This document shows, in pieces, positions 26,672-38,480 of a DNA stretch of 41,255 nt. The notes under the pieces were generated by a model, which saw only the letters and a program-made list of their open reading frames with translations, was not told where the DNA came from and ran no database searches. Position 1 is the first letter of the stretch; every line of letters begins with the position of its first letter. The position numbers and the translations under genes are program-made. The DNA is from Octopus bimaculoides (Eukaryota): positions 102,839,944 through 102,881,198 of the forward strand of contig NC_068985.1 of NCBI RefSeq assembly GCF_001194135.2. Reading direction: 5' to 3'.

Positions 26672-26879
26672 GTAGATTATTTGAATATCAGCTCCGACGT
26701 TTTGAGATCAGTTCTACTATAGATATACTTTGTCCGTATTTGAATAGTATCATTGATTTTTAAGAAGGAAAATATATTGCTCTTCTGGAGCAACGTATTT
26801 TCCTTCCCCTCAAAAGAGAAAATGTATTAGTCAACCATAAAAAAATTCTACCCAAGGATATCTAAATATCCTTCTTACT

Positions 26880-27065
26880 GTTGGTTCAGCATCTGAAATT
26901 TTGAAGGAGGGATCCAGTCGACAACACCAGTGGTACTCATTTTATCAACCTTGAATAAATAAAATGCAAAGTTAACTTCGGTTGAATTTGAAAACCAAAC
27001 GTAAAGTTAGACGAAATGTTGATAAGCATTTTGTTGGCATGCTAACGATTCAGCCATTTCGTCGT
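26880..27065 (-). mobile_element. SINE copy (intronic in the candidate gene)
   Basis: CCAGTCGACAACACCAGTGGTACTCATTTTATCAACC...GAATTTGAAAACC...GCTAACGATTCAGCC. Confidence 0.7.
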
Positions 27066-27699
27066 CTTCCGAGTAGCCGACATATGTAGTAAGATATATA
27101 GTTAATTTTATACATACGTGGCAGCGGTTCACTCACTATTGTGTATAATTTACCTGCTATTCTCTCTTTTTGTTGTGAGTTTTCACAATGGTGAAGATAC
27201 CCCAATGTGCCAAGACCCAAACTCCACCTACAAGACACTAATGGCATCTAAATGAGGGATGCAGGCTCGCGGGCAATCGAAAATCGCGACTGCTCCTACG
27301 TTTTCTATACTTTCATTGCACTCTAACGGACATGGAAACTATCGAAATGTCGGTATTTCATTTTTGCTGAGGTTATATGCCCCGACCAACGTCAATCAGG
27401 TCTACTCTGTTTGTGGTGCCGACAAGTTCGACTTTTAATATGCGCCTCTAAAAATCCAGACACATAAAAATCAGCAGATTAGATTTTATAACGATAAATG
27501 CTTGTACACTCCGAAGAAAATTTCCTGAATGTTCGGAGTCATTTTGCTAGCAACATACATAAAAAAGATACTAGATAGCATTGCAGCTATCTAGTAAGAG
27601 AATCGCATTCCATATGCATTTGAAAACACTTGTAAAAATACACATATTTGTATATGCATATATGCATATGTATATGCATAAATACACTCTATTGAATAG

Positions 27700-27789
27700 A
27701 CGTTGAGTCTTCTGAATTCACCAGTTTGACAGATGTTGATATTAATCCCTCATGTTTTCAAAAATTACTCTTCTCAATAAGCAAACTTG
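27700..27789 (+). CDS. Internal coding exon (phase 1-1), putative AB loop plus start of helix B
   Basis: attgaatag|AC...CTTG|gtgagg. Open frame, 90 bp. An alternative in-frame acceptor gacag|AT gives 27733-27789. Confidence 0.6.
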
Positions 27790-28069
27790 GTGAGGTTACT
27801 GATTTAGTCGGTGACGATCTAATCATACACATGCCGTACTGAGATGAGTATCCTGACATTACGTACATACATATAATCATACATACATATCTACGTGCAA
27901 ATATTAAGTACATACATATAAAAATACATACGTACATGCTTATATTTATATAACATGAAAATATTAGATACATACATGCAAATATTGATTTAAAATTTTA
28001 GCACTAAGCCAGACATTTCATAGTAGGATGCCAGTCGATTACATCGATCCAAGTGCTCAATTATTTTTC

Positions 28070-28105
<36 letters not shown>

Positions 28106-28398
28106 GACACCGTTACGATGACAGGCAAAGTCGACCCCGGCAGAATTTGAACTCAGAACCTAAAAGCAGACGAAATGCCACGAAGCATTTTGCCCGGCGT
28201 GCTATAAAAATTCTGCCGACACCCTGCCTTACTTACATGCAAGTATTACGTGCATACATGCATTCGTGCGCTCCGACATACATGACGTATATGCACACAT
28301 GCAAATATTTAGTACATACACACGTGCGTACATACGTACATAACTAGACAGGCAGACAGCAAACAGATAGACAAATAAACCAACATACATATATATAC

Positions 28399-28467
<69 letters not shown>

Positions 28468-29903
28468 TATATACATAGATACGAATGGATAGATACGGGT
28501 GTTTGAATAGGGATAACCATTTAATGGAATCTGACAGTAACATATCAGATTAAACTGTGGATGGTGTTTGATTTAATCTGAGCAACACTCGTGCAGCTAT
28601 CTTCTAGCCATGTTATTCTTCCTTTCTCCTACAGATTCTCTCACATGTACACCCTCTCGTCGTCACTCTCTGTCATTCTATGTATCTATCACTTTCTCGC
28701 TCTAGCTTTCCTTTTCCTCTACCTCTTCTCCATACGGCTTAGTCATTTTAACTCCGCCTCTACATATCTCCATATTGCTTTCATAGATAATACCCTTTGA
28801 TCCGGGTTAATGCCTAACATTTTAATACATCAATTCATTTGTCACTGTAAGATGGTGAAGAAGAGAGGAAACTGATGATGGTGATGATGATGATGATGAT
28901 GATGATGATGGTGGTGGTGGAGGTGGTTGTCATGGCTACGACGACGGCGACGGCGCCATTGATGATGTGAAGGATAAGGTGGATAGGAGGTGAAGGGTAT
29001 AGTAATCGTAATATTGATGGTGGTTCTAATGATGCCAGGGATAGTGGTGAGGCTGGAATTAGAAAGAAGGCGGACGTGGAAGAGAAAAAGAAAAAATACA
29101 AAGAAGTAAATGAAATAAAAAAGATGAAGAAAACAACAACAAAACCAAGAGCATCAACGACTCAACATGGAGAAGTGGGAAACGAAGAAAGAAAAATGTC
29201 TTCAGCAAATCAACGGGGATGTGAAAAAATTACCAAACGAGATAATATTGATGTATAAAATAACAACAAAGAATAGGGGAGTGACGTGGAGTTGTCAGAA
29301 AAGTAGAGGAACAGAGGTCCAGGTAGTAAGAGAAGAACTATAATATAAAGGAAACGGAACATAATCACAATATGAGGGAAGGTGTTAAATAAAACATATG
29401 AGGCAACCAGGAAATGTTATATTTGTTGTTTAAATATAAGAGTGGCGGTTCATAATGGCCTGTGACGGATTCGGTATCTAAAGCTGATAAAACGTTACGA
29501 CGCATAAACTATGGCGCAAGACGTCATTCTAGGCTCAATGTTTTTTTGTTTTTTTTCGTGTTTTGTTTTTTTTCACACGCATTGTTCTGAAGAAGAATGG
29601 TCTTCCAAAGGCGTTTTCCGTAGTGGAGAACTTTTCACGTTTCAGAGTAAACAAACATGTTAAACATAATTGTAGACGTTCATATTTCAATCATCATTGC
29701 GTCGTATGTCTCTAAATAATATATATATATATATATAAATGTTTGGGAGTGGGTGTGGTAATAAAGAGAAGTTACAAAGCGACTCAAGGACTGAGAGGTT
29801 TGTGGATGACACTTGACAAACCAACTTGACAAATTTAGGAGTATGCCGGTAGTGAACAGCTGACACCGTAGTACATCTCCAGCGTTAGAAGCTATGCAAA
29901 GGC

Positions 29904-29935
<32 letters not shown>

Positions 29936-29979
29936 TTTCTTTTATAATAATGATAATAATAATGATGATAACAACAATG

Positions 29980-30072
<93 letters not shown>

Positions 30073-30435
30073 ACGGCTTCTAATTTTTACGCAAGGCTAA
30101 CAATTTCTGGGGAAGGAGTAGGTCGATTACATCGATCCCAGTAAACAACTAGTATTTATTTTATCGCTACGATAAGGATAAAATGCAAAGACAATCTCAG
30201 TGGAACCAAGGTAACACCTCTTATTTTTCGAGCACCTTTCGGAGTATTCGAGCGATTCCAAGCAGTGCTGTTTTCTGCAAGTGCTCCACCCTTATTGCAG
30301 CCCCTATTTGTTCCACGTACTTCTCAAGATTTTTACTCACTGTTCCCAGGGCTCCGATAGTTATTGGTATTACTACCACATTTTTTATCGAACACGACTG
30401 CTTATTATTATTATAAAAGAAATCATTATTATTAT

Positions 30436-30485
<50 letters not shown>

Positions 30486-32602
30486 TCATTATTATTATTA
30501 TTTTTATTATTATTATTGCGAGCTGGTAGAATCGTTAAATCGTCTGAAAAATGTCTTGCAGTATTTGTTCTGACTCAACGAACTGAGAACAATTTTCATT
30601 AGGGTCATCTCTGCCTTTCACCCCAAACGGGGTCCATAAAATACTGTGCCAGACAAGTACAGGGATTCGATAACATCGGCTAGATCCCTTCCCTTAAAAT
30701 TGGTAGCCTCGTACCTAAATTAGAAATAATTATCACTTTTTTTTTGTTGTTGCTATAGATGTTAGCAGAATGTTACGGATTTTAGCGACAGAAAGGAAGT
30801 ATATTCATTTAAAATCGACTCGATTCTTGGTTATTACTTATTCCAACAGACGGGTGACCGAAAAGCAAACTTAATTCAGGTGGAATTTGAACTCAGGAAA
30901 TTAAAATTACGAGGATATCGAGTAAAATCTGTTTATCATAATTTTATTCATCGTCATTCTTTTCCTCTTACACATCATCACGATTGCTATAACGGATGTC
31001 TGCATAATAAAACTGCAGCTGTATTGGCGATAGTATTAAGTAATGGCGTCGATGAGTTATGAATAAGTTATGAGTGTCTGTCACTCAGTGACAATCCACA
31101 AAACTACAGCTGACATCTCTCAAGCTGGAGACAAAATAACCGGCTTAATATCAATTACATTATATCTTAACAGTTACGATCGACATTTCTTCTTCTGGCT
31201 AAAGTTCAACTCTCGTCTTGGCAAGTTATATGAATTGCTTATAAGGCAAAGAATTTAATTCTCTCAGCAGTTATCTGTGTTTATGTATGTGTATGTGCGT
31301 ACGTGTTATGTTTGTATGTGTGTATAAGCGTCTATGTGTGTTCGAATTAAGATATTTCTATACGCATGAATATGAAGGTAGTTCTATGTCTAGCTTATTT
31401 TCTATGCAACATGAGTGTAATGATATGTTTGTATGAATCAATATGTGTTTGTCTGTATGTGTACTGTAATAAATGTAGTTATAGTTGTATTTGAATTGTT
31501 TATAGATGTGTAAATTGCTATGTCTATATAAGTATGTGGCTTTCGTAACTGAAAGTTTAAATTTCTAACTGGGTCTCACACAACATGTCTTACACGATGA
31601 CGAACTATTCTCATAGGAGGAAATTGGGCAAAAGCAGGCAATTGATGTTATAACGGTTAAAGAGGCGATGGGTCTTTGATAGAGGGAAGCTTCATTTGGT
31701 AAATCAGGATTTCCTTTCTTTATGCTTATTAACGGAGCTTTGATGGCATTCCGACAATTTGAGATACATTCAGACGCCTAATTTAGTGTAAAAGTGGATC
31801 ATATGAAATAGTTCAGTGATGCAAAATCCACGTTTCTTCAAAGTGTTTACAAATAAATTAGGTCATTCCAAGATAGATAGTTTCATCTTTGATCATGAAA
31901 ATATTATACGCTTGTCAATATTGACAATTTAATATTTATTTCTTCCTTTCATTAGATGTCTTCCATAAGGAAATTCTTCGAGATCATATTTCGTACTCTG
32001 GTAACCGATCATAAGCATATATTCCGTCCGTGAAAATATACGTAGTAGCTTTTGTTGAAACTTGCAGTTTAAGTCACTCAGCTTTCGGCTGACCAATTTT
32101 AAATAATTATAATCTACCTCCACTACTGAGTACCTTTCCTTCATCAAATTCTCACTTATGTGTGCATAGGAGGGTGCGTGTGTTCGCACATGTGTGGAGT
32201 GGTGTAGATGGAGTCTTCGAATTATTTATTTTTTTAAAGTAATTCTATTTTCCTACAGTAGTCAATGTACATTTACGCGGCCATGATTCACTGCTGAAGT
32301 CAGAATAATAACAAAAGCTGCCTATAGTTCCCTTTGATACTGACAAAAGTAATTAAAATAATATAAGGTATTGATTAGAATTGTTCTATCTCATCCCATG
32401 GCCCCTGTGTAATTTTCTTCTTAATGTACCCTATAATGAATATGTTAGCACTAAGTTAACTATTGCCTGGCTACCCTACATGACGTCTTTAAATTAAATA
32501 TACACACATATACACATGCATGCATACACACATATACACACATACGCCATAGAAACCGGGAAACCGGGCCCATGAGCCTGGCTAGACTTTAAAAGGGCAC
32601 GT

Positions 32603-32647
<45 letters not shown>

Positions 32648-33505
32648 TAGTTTTAGGGAAAATAACCAAGTTTCAAGAACTCATCGATGAAAATCCACTA
32701 ACACATATAGAAAAATTAATAATTAAAAGCACAATAAATGAGTATAATATAAAGTAAAGTAAATATCATAAGATAAATATAATATTATATTATATTTATT
32801 ATATTTATCTTATGATATTTACTTTACTTTATATTATACTCATTTATTGTGCTTTTAATTATTAATTTTTCTATATGTGATACTGGATTTTCATCGATGA
32901 GTTCTTGAAACTTGGTTATTTCCCCTAAAACTATATATTTTATATATATTTTATCTATAAAGCTCAATTTAATTTTAATTTTTTATAAATTGATTTTAAT
33001 TGAGTTTTTACCTGTAATTTTGGATTTTGTCCCTAATATTAATATATATATATATAATTACATTTTATTTATTTAATACTCAATTAGGATGAAGTTCTCC
33101 CTCAAACATTTGATTTTCTGCTACAAAACAGTATAATCACTATTCGGTTATTTATTCATCTACCCGACATTTAGTTTATTTGTGTGTCTATGGTCAAATA
33201 AAGTTGTCAGTTCAACTAATATTTCTTCTTTTCTCTTCTTAGGTGTCAGTCGACTGACCTCAACCATCTATGAACTCGCCCAGCACATCTACACGGAGAA
33301 AAGAGCCGACACGATCAGTAAGAGAATAAAGAAATTTCTTTGATTTGTGTTTTCATAATTATTCCCAATTACCCTTGCAACTCTTAGATGATTATTGTTG
33401 TTACTAACTCTGTATACATACATACATACACGCGCGCGCACGCATATATATGTATATATATACGTGTGTGTGTGTGTGTGTGTGTACATATATATGAATA
33501 CATCT

Positions 33506-33548
<43 letters not shown>

Positions 33549-33990
33549 CGCATATATTTATGTATATATATCCNNNNNNNNNNNNNNNNNNNNNNNNNNN
33601 NNNNNNNNNNNNNNNNNNNNNNNNNNNNNNNNNNNNNNNNNNNNNNNNNNNNNNNNNNNNNNNNNNNNNNNNNNNNNNNNNNNNNNNNNNNNNNNNNNNN
33701 NNNNNNNNNNNNNNNNNNNNNNNNNNNNNNNNNNNNNNNNNNNNNNNNNNNNNNNNNNNNNNNNNNNNNNNNNNNNNNNNNNNNNNNNNNNNNNNNNNNN
33801 NNNNNNNNNNNNNNNNNNNNNNNNNNNNNNNNNNNNNNNNNNNNNNNNNNNNNNNNNNNNNNNNNNNNNNNNNNNNNNNNNNNNNNNNNNNNNNNNNNNN
33901 NNNNNNNNNNNNNNNNNNNNNNNNNNNNNNNNNNNNNNNNNNNNNNNNNNNNNNNNNNNNNNNNNNNNNNNNNNNNNNNNNNNNNNNNNN

Positions 33991-34023
<33 letters not shown>

Positions 34024-34398
34024 TATGTATGTATGTATGTATGTTGTTGTTATCAGTGTTGTGAAAGCTTAATAGAGACAACGAAGATAGATGAAATATT
34101 CATGGTTCACAAGTATTCCATTGTTTCGTATTCCTACACATACGTATACTTGTGCCTTGTGCTTAACTTTGTGAGTATTGTAGCGGGATGTATTGAAATA
34201 TATACTGAGCACTGTTATGCCTGGCATGATTTGAATATTCTCAATGAAACAATGTTGCGAGACTAATATTAATCAGCTTGTGTTGTTTTGCATAGCTACA
34301 GATCAAATTCGATCGAATATTTCTATAATCAAACATGCACCAACTATGACCATCTCATCGTTTCGTATATCAAGGACTACATTACCCAATGTCTCTAA
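27700..34398 (+). CDS. Core of a spliced protein-coding gene (4 exons, 110 aa C-terminal part); candidate class-I four-helix (IL-6/leptin/Unpaired-like) cytokine
   Basis: Exons 27700-27789 (90 bp), 31956-32000 (45 bp), 33243-33317 (75 bp) and 34277-34398, all joined by GT-AG phase-1 introns without stops. Translation: (D)[109 protein letters not shown]. Confidence in a gene is higher than in the family call. Confidence 0.65.
27995..28225 (-). mobile_element. SINE copy with internal poly-T
   Basis: GTCGATTACATCGATCC...GGCAAAGTCGACCCCGGCAGAATTTGAACTCAGAAC...GCATTTTGCCCGGCGTGC. Confidence 0.8.
29849..29932 (+). mobile_element. Probable 3' terminal segment of the same R4/Dong family with (AAT)n tail
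   Basis: GTAGTGAACAGCTGACACCGTAGTACATCTCCAGCGTTAGAAGCTATGCAAAGGC followed by (AAT)n. The assignment rests on my recollection of the family 3' UTR. Confidence 0.55.
29905..30070. repeat. (AAT)n-(GAT)n-(GGT)n compound microsatellite
   Basis: Directly visible. Confidence 0.95.
30075..30930. mobile_element. Three SINE pieces: minus 30075-30197, plus 30515-30740, minus 30750-30920
   Basis: The family core motifs recur in alternating orientation around the Dong fragment. Confidence 0.65.
30197..30403 (-). mobile_element. R4/Dong-clade non-LTR retrotransposon, ORF C-terminus (restriction-like endonuclease region) plus start of 3' UTR
   Basis: Uninterrupted minus-strand frame [56 protein letters not shown] (stop 30221-30223), the typical VP.V.GALG...LQK..LLGT.RILR end. 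The 5' end abuts a (TAT)n tract. Confidence 0.85.
31956..32000 (+). CDS. Internal coding exon (phase 1-1), [15 protein letters not shown]
   Basis: Strong acceptor tttatttcttcctttcattag|AT and donor CTG|gtaacc. 45 bp, in frame with both neighbours. Confidence 0.65.
32632..32949. repeat. About 300-bp near-perfect palindrome within a dispersed AT-rich repeat
   Basis: Left arm AAATATATAGTTTTAGGGAAAATAACCAAG...AGATAAATATAAT is the reverse complement of the right arm with about 3 mismatches; loop about 32784-32797. Confidence 0.9.
33243..33317 (+). CDS. Internal coding exon (phase 1-1), [25 protein letters not shown]
   Basis: Very strong acceptor tttcttcttttctcttcttag|GT and donor ATCA|gtaaga. 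75 bp, GC-richer than its flanks, open frame. Confidence 0.8.
34277..34398 (+). CDS. Putative terminal coding exon, ...[26 protein letters not shown]
   Basis: Open frame ending in TAA at 34396-34398. The phase-1 acceptor taatcag|CT is weak. The better acceptor ttttgcatag| (34295) is phase 2 and would need another small exon, possibly in the N-gap 33573-33990. Confidence 0.5.
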
Positions 34399-34549
34399 AT
34401 AGTAGGGTGTGATTTCAGAAGTATTCTGGTTCTTAGTTCCAGTAGATTGATTGACGAGATTTGGACTTTCCTCGCTACGCTGTTGTTGCATTTGTTTGAA
34501 GCATAGCAGTTATCCGACTTGAGTTAACGCTGGTTATTTCTGCACATCG

Positions 34550-34810
34550 AAGGTACACGGTCGAGTGGTTAGGCAACTGAGCTCTCCACCATAACAGGGT
34601 TGGATTCTAAGTCCTGTAGGTGCGTTTTCTCCCTGGGCAAGATTCTTTACTTCAAGTTGCCCTATTCCACTCATTTGGTAAATACGAGTATAAAGACTGG
34701 CAGAGCACCGATTAAGCGTAACGAAGGAACAGTAGCGTTGACAAATCAGTAGTCCAACTAAAAAGCATCATACAAGAAGAGGGATACATCCCGGTGTGGA
34801 TTTACTGTAC
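34550..34810 (+). mobile_element. tRNA-derived CORE-type SINE, degenerate
   Basis: A-box-like GGTCGAGTGGTTAGG and B-box-like GGTTGGATTC, then CCCTGGGCAAG...TTTACTTC...TTGCC...CCACTCA, resembling the CORE domain. Confidence 0.6.
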
Positions 34811-36433
34811 TTTAACTTTCTCTTTTACCCTTTCTCTCTACATGGGTCCCTTGGTAGATCTTCACTTCAGTATAACTTATCTGAAATCTAAAATAAGGGT
34901 ATAAAAACTTTGGTAAGCTTTATATAACTAGCAGACATCTTATCTACTATTTCAACACTTCACGGTTTACTTAGCTAAGGAGGAAGCCTCTGCGTAGTCG
35001 CAAAACATTGTTAGAAATAGCAACCAAATTTCTCCCAAGTTCACCCTAATGTCTTGTATTAAGGTTGTACTTGATTTACAAGAAGAGAGGATGGTCGCGG
35101 GTAGAATGTCCTTGACCATAGATCTGCTATATCAAGATTAGCCTGCAATTCACTAACAATCACAACATTGATCTCACAATTGTTTTGTATTTAATCGTTT
35201 ATTTATTTATATTTCTTTTATCTGTATTGATGTTTCTGTCGGTTTTGTTACCATTCATTGTCTTTTTGAACGCCATATATTTCTCCTGTTCCATTTATTT
35301 TCTACATTTTTCTAAAACTCATTCATATTAATTATATTGTCACAGATGTGTTTTATATATATATATATATATATATATNNNNNNNNNNNNNNNNNNNNNN
35401 NNNNNNNNNNNNNNNNNNNNNNNNNNNNNNNNNNNNNNNNNNNNNNNNNNNNNNNNNNNNNNNNNNNNNNNNNNNNNNNNNNNNNNNNNNNNNNNNNNNN
35501 NNNNNNNNNNNNNNNNNNNNNNNNNNNNNNNNNNNNNNNNNNNNNNNNNNNNNNNNNNNNNNNNNNNNNNNNNNNNNNNNNNNNNNNNNNNNNNNNNNNN
35601 NNNNNNNNNNNNNNNNNNNNNNNNNNNNNNNNNNNNNNNNNNNNNNNNNNNNNNNNNNNNNNNNNNNNNNNNNNNNNNNNNNNNNNNNNNNNNNNNNNNN
35701 NNNNNNNNNNNNNNNNNNNNNNNNNNNNNNNNNNNNNNNNNNNNNNNNNNNNNNNNNNNNNNNNNNNNNNNNNNNNNNNNNNNNNNNNNNNNNNNNNNNN
35801 NNNNNNNNNNNNNNNNNNNNNNNNNNNNNNNNNNNNNNNNNNTATATATATATATATATATGTATACATGCATATGCATATATATATATATACATATATA
35901 TGTGTATTTGTATATGTGTGTGTGTGTGTATTTATCTATCTATTTATTCGTGTAAGCTCACACTCACGCACGTGTACACACACTCTGATAAATACAGAGC
36001 TATGTGTGTGTGAATCTACATCTTCGAATCACATTCATAATTATGTACGTGTGCATATACGTGTATAACCCGTATGTATATACAGACATGGTGTAGGTAG
36101 CTACAGACACACACAGGCACCCATCTATATACACATACTTGTGTGCGCATATTGATTCCTTAGTGTCTCTATGTTTCTGTGAGTGTATAAGAAGGTGTGT
36201 GTATATGTAAGCAATGTGTAGAATAAAGATGAATCCGAACATTGTATCCCTCTCTGGTTATCCAACGGCGCCATTTTCCTTCAATAACTGACCCGTATCA
36301 ACTGCACTGATTTGACACTGGCGGAAACCCCTTACGAAATGCGTGTATCCCTGCATATTACGAACAACTAAAGAAAAATTAGATATGATTTGATATACTC
36401 AAATACAATCTGAATATATACGTATTTATTTAG

Positions 36434-36474
<41 letters not shown>

Positions 36475-36812
36475 TGTGTGTCTGTGTGTGTGTGTGTGTG
36501 AATAGATCTAACGGACCGTCAAAACCTAATAACACGCTCGCCATTATTTTTGAGCTCTTTGTTTTCCACAGCTTAAAGATGAACTTAGATTAACTAATGT
36601 TTAGTTCTTTTATCTAGTTTTCGTGGTATGTATGTCTAACGAACAATCACATCCGAATATGTATGTGTAACCATGCATGTGTGTACGTGAGTATGTATGT
36701 GTGTATGTAAGTAATTGTGTGTGCGTGTGTGTGTGTGTGTGTGCGTGTGTGTGTGTGTGTGTATAAATGATGTATGTACTTTTATAGATAGATAGATAGA
36801 TAGATAGATAGG

Positions 36813-36862
<50 letters not shown>

Positions 36863-36895
36863 CATAGATAGATAGATAGATAGATAGATTAATTG

Positions 36896-36926
<31 letters not shown>

Positions 36927-37284
36927 TGATTGATTGATTGATTGATAGAGAGATGGATCGAGTGAAAGGGCTATAGATTGTAAAGAGAGATATAAATGCG
37001 TCCGTTGTTTTTATGCAGCCGTGACTCTCTTCCTTCGTTTCTTATACGCAGGGAATCCAGTCCGACATTACCTAGCGTTTCTAATTTTAAAACATCAGAA
37101 ATGTCGGCTGCTATTTTTAACAGAGCGAGTGACTTTGTAGAGGCGACCTCGTACCAGTTTCAAGCACTTACGTTTAGGTCTTTGAAAATAAACATAAGAC
37201 ATAAACCGAGTTATGTTAGCCACAATTCAACCAATTTTCTGCCAACTAATAGAACGAGTTCTCGGTGGACAGCGGGTAAAGAGG

Positions 37285-37925
37285 CAACAACTCTTAGCAT
37301 AAGGGTATACTGTTTTGCATACCAGCCACATGGTTCCTGGTGCAGTCCCACTGCGTGGCACCTTGGGCAAGTGTCTTCTACTATAGCTTCGGGGCTTGTG
37401 AGTGGATTCGGTTGACGGAAACGGAAAGAAACCCGTGGTATATATANNNNNNNNNNNNNNNNNNNNNNNNNNNNNNNNNNNNNNNNNNNNNNNNNNNNNA
37501 TAGTCGAGCACATCGACCCCAGGACTTATTCTTTGTAAGCTTAGTACTTATTCTATCGGTCTCTTTTGCGGAACTGCTAGGTCACCAGGACATAAACACA
37601 CCAACATCGGTTGTCAAGCGATGGTGGGGGACGAACACAGAGATATATATACATGTATGTATGTATGTATGCATGTATGTATGTATGTATGTATGCGTGT
37701 GTATATATATGTTTATGTGTCTGTGTTTGTCGCCCCACCATCGCTTGACAACCGATGTTGGTGTGTTTACGTCCTGTTGAACTAGCGGTTCGGCCTAATA
37801 CACCGATAGAATAAGTACTAAGTTTACAAAGAATAAGCCCTGGGGTCGATGTGCTCAACGAAAGGCGGTGCTCCAGCATGGTCGCAGTCAAATGACTGAA
37901 ACAAGTAAAAGAATAAAAGAATAAC
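37285..37925 (+). mobile_element. tRNA-derived SINE (head, internal microsatellite, 3' module) with an inverted second 3' module inside
   Basis: Head CAGTCCCACTGCGTGGCACCTTGGGCAAGTGTCTTCTACTATAGC; tail GGCGGTGCTCCAGCATGGTCGCAGTCAAATGACTGAAACAAGTAAAAGAATAAAAGAATA; 37500-37640 is the reverse complement of 37720-37860. Confidence 0.85.
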
Positions 37926-38259
37926 ATGTTGACCCTGAAAACTTCTTCAATGATGACGTTGTCATGTTTCCGTCAAATGACATCGCCACCACATACGACG
38001 TGTGCCTGTCATATTTTAAGTGTAACATGAACATAATTTTGATGTCATTGACGAGACGGAGTCAGTTGTTAATATCATGTTGATGACGGTTGTGGCACTA
38101 TTGTATACTACAGATGCTACAGCATACGTTACTTTAACAGGGTTGATATGTGTGGGCGTTCATGGCGTTTACTATGCTGACCGTTATAATGGTGATATTG
38201 GCGACAACGACGATGTTGATAATGATGTCGCTGCCTGTGTTGCTGCGATGATGAGAAGG

Positions 38260-38263
38260 TGAA

Positions 38264-38302
<39 letters not shown>

Positions 38303-38322
38303 AATGACGATGACGACGACGT

Positions 38323-38354
<32 letters not shown>

Positions 38355-38480
38355 TCGAGAGCTATGACAACTAACTTGAACGGTCACTACCTTCGACATG
38401 ACGACGAAGATAACGATGGCGGTGATGATGATGATGATGATGATGATGATGACGACGACGACGACGACGATGACGATGAA
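38260..38480. repeat. (GAT)n/(GAC)n trinucleotide arrays
   Basis: Directly visible; source of the poly-M, poly-D and poly-H ORFs. Confidence 0.95.

Noticed and set aside
36266-36277. YY1-like GGCGCCATTTT motif
   Set aside because: Single short motif with no other promoter evidence.
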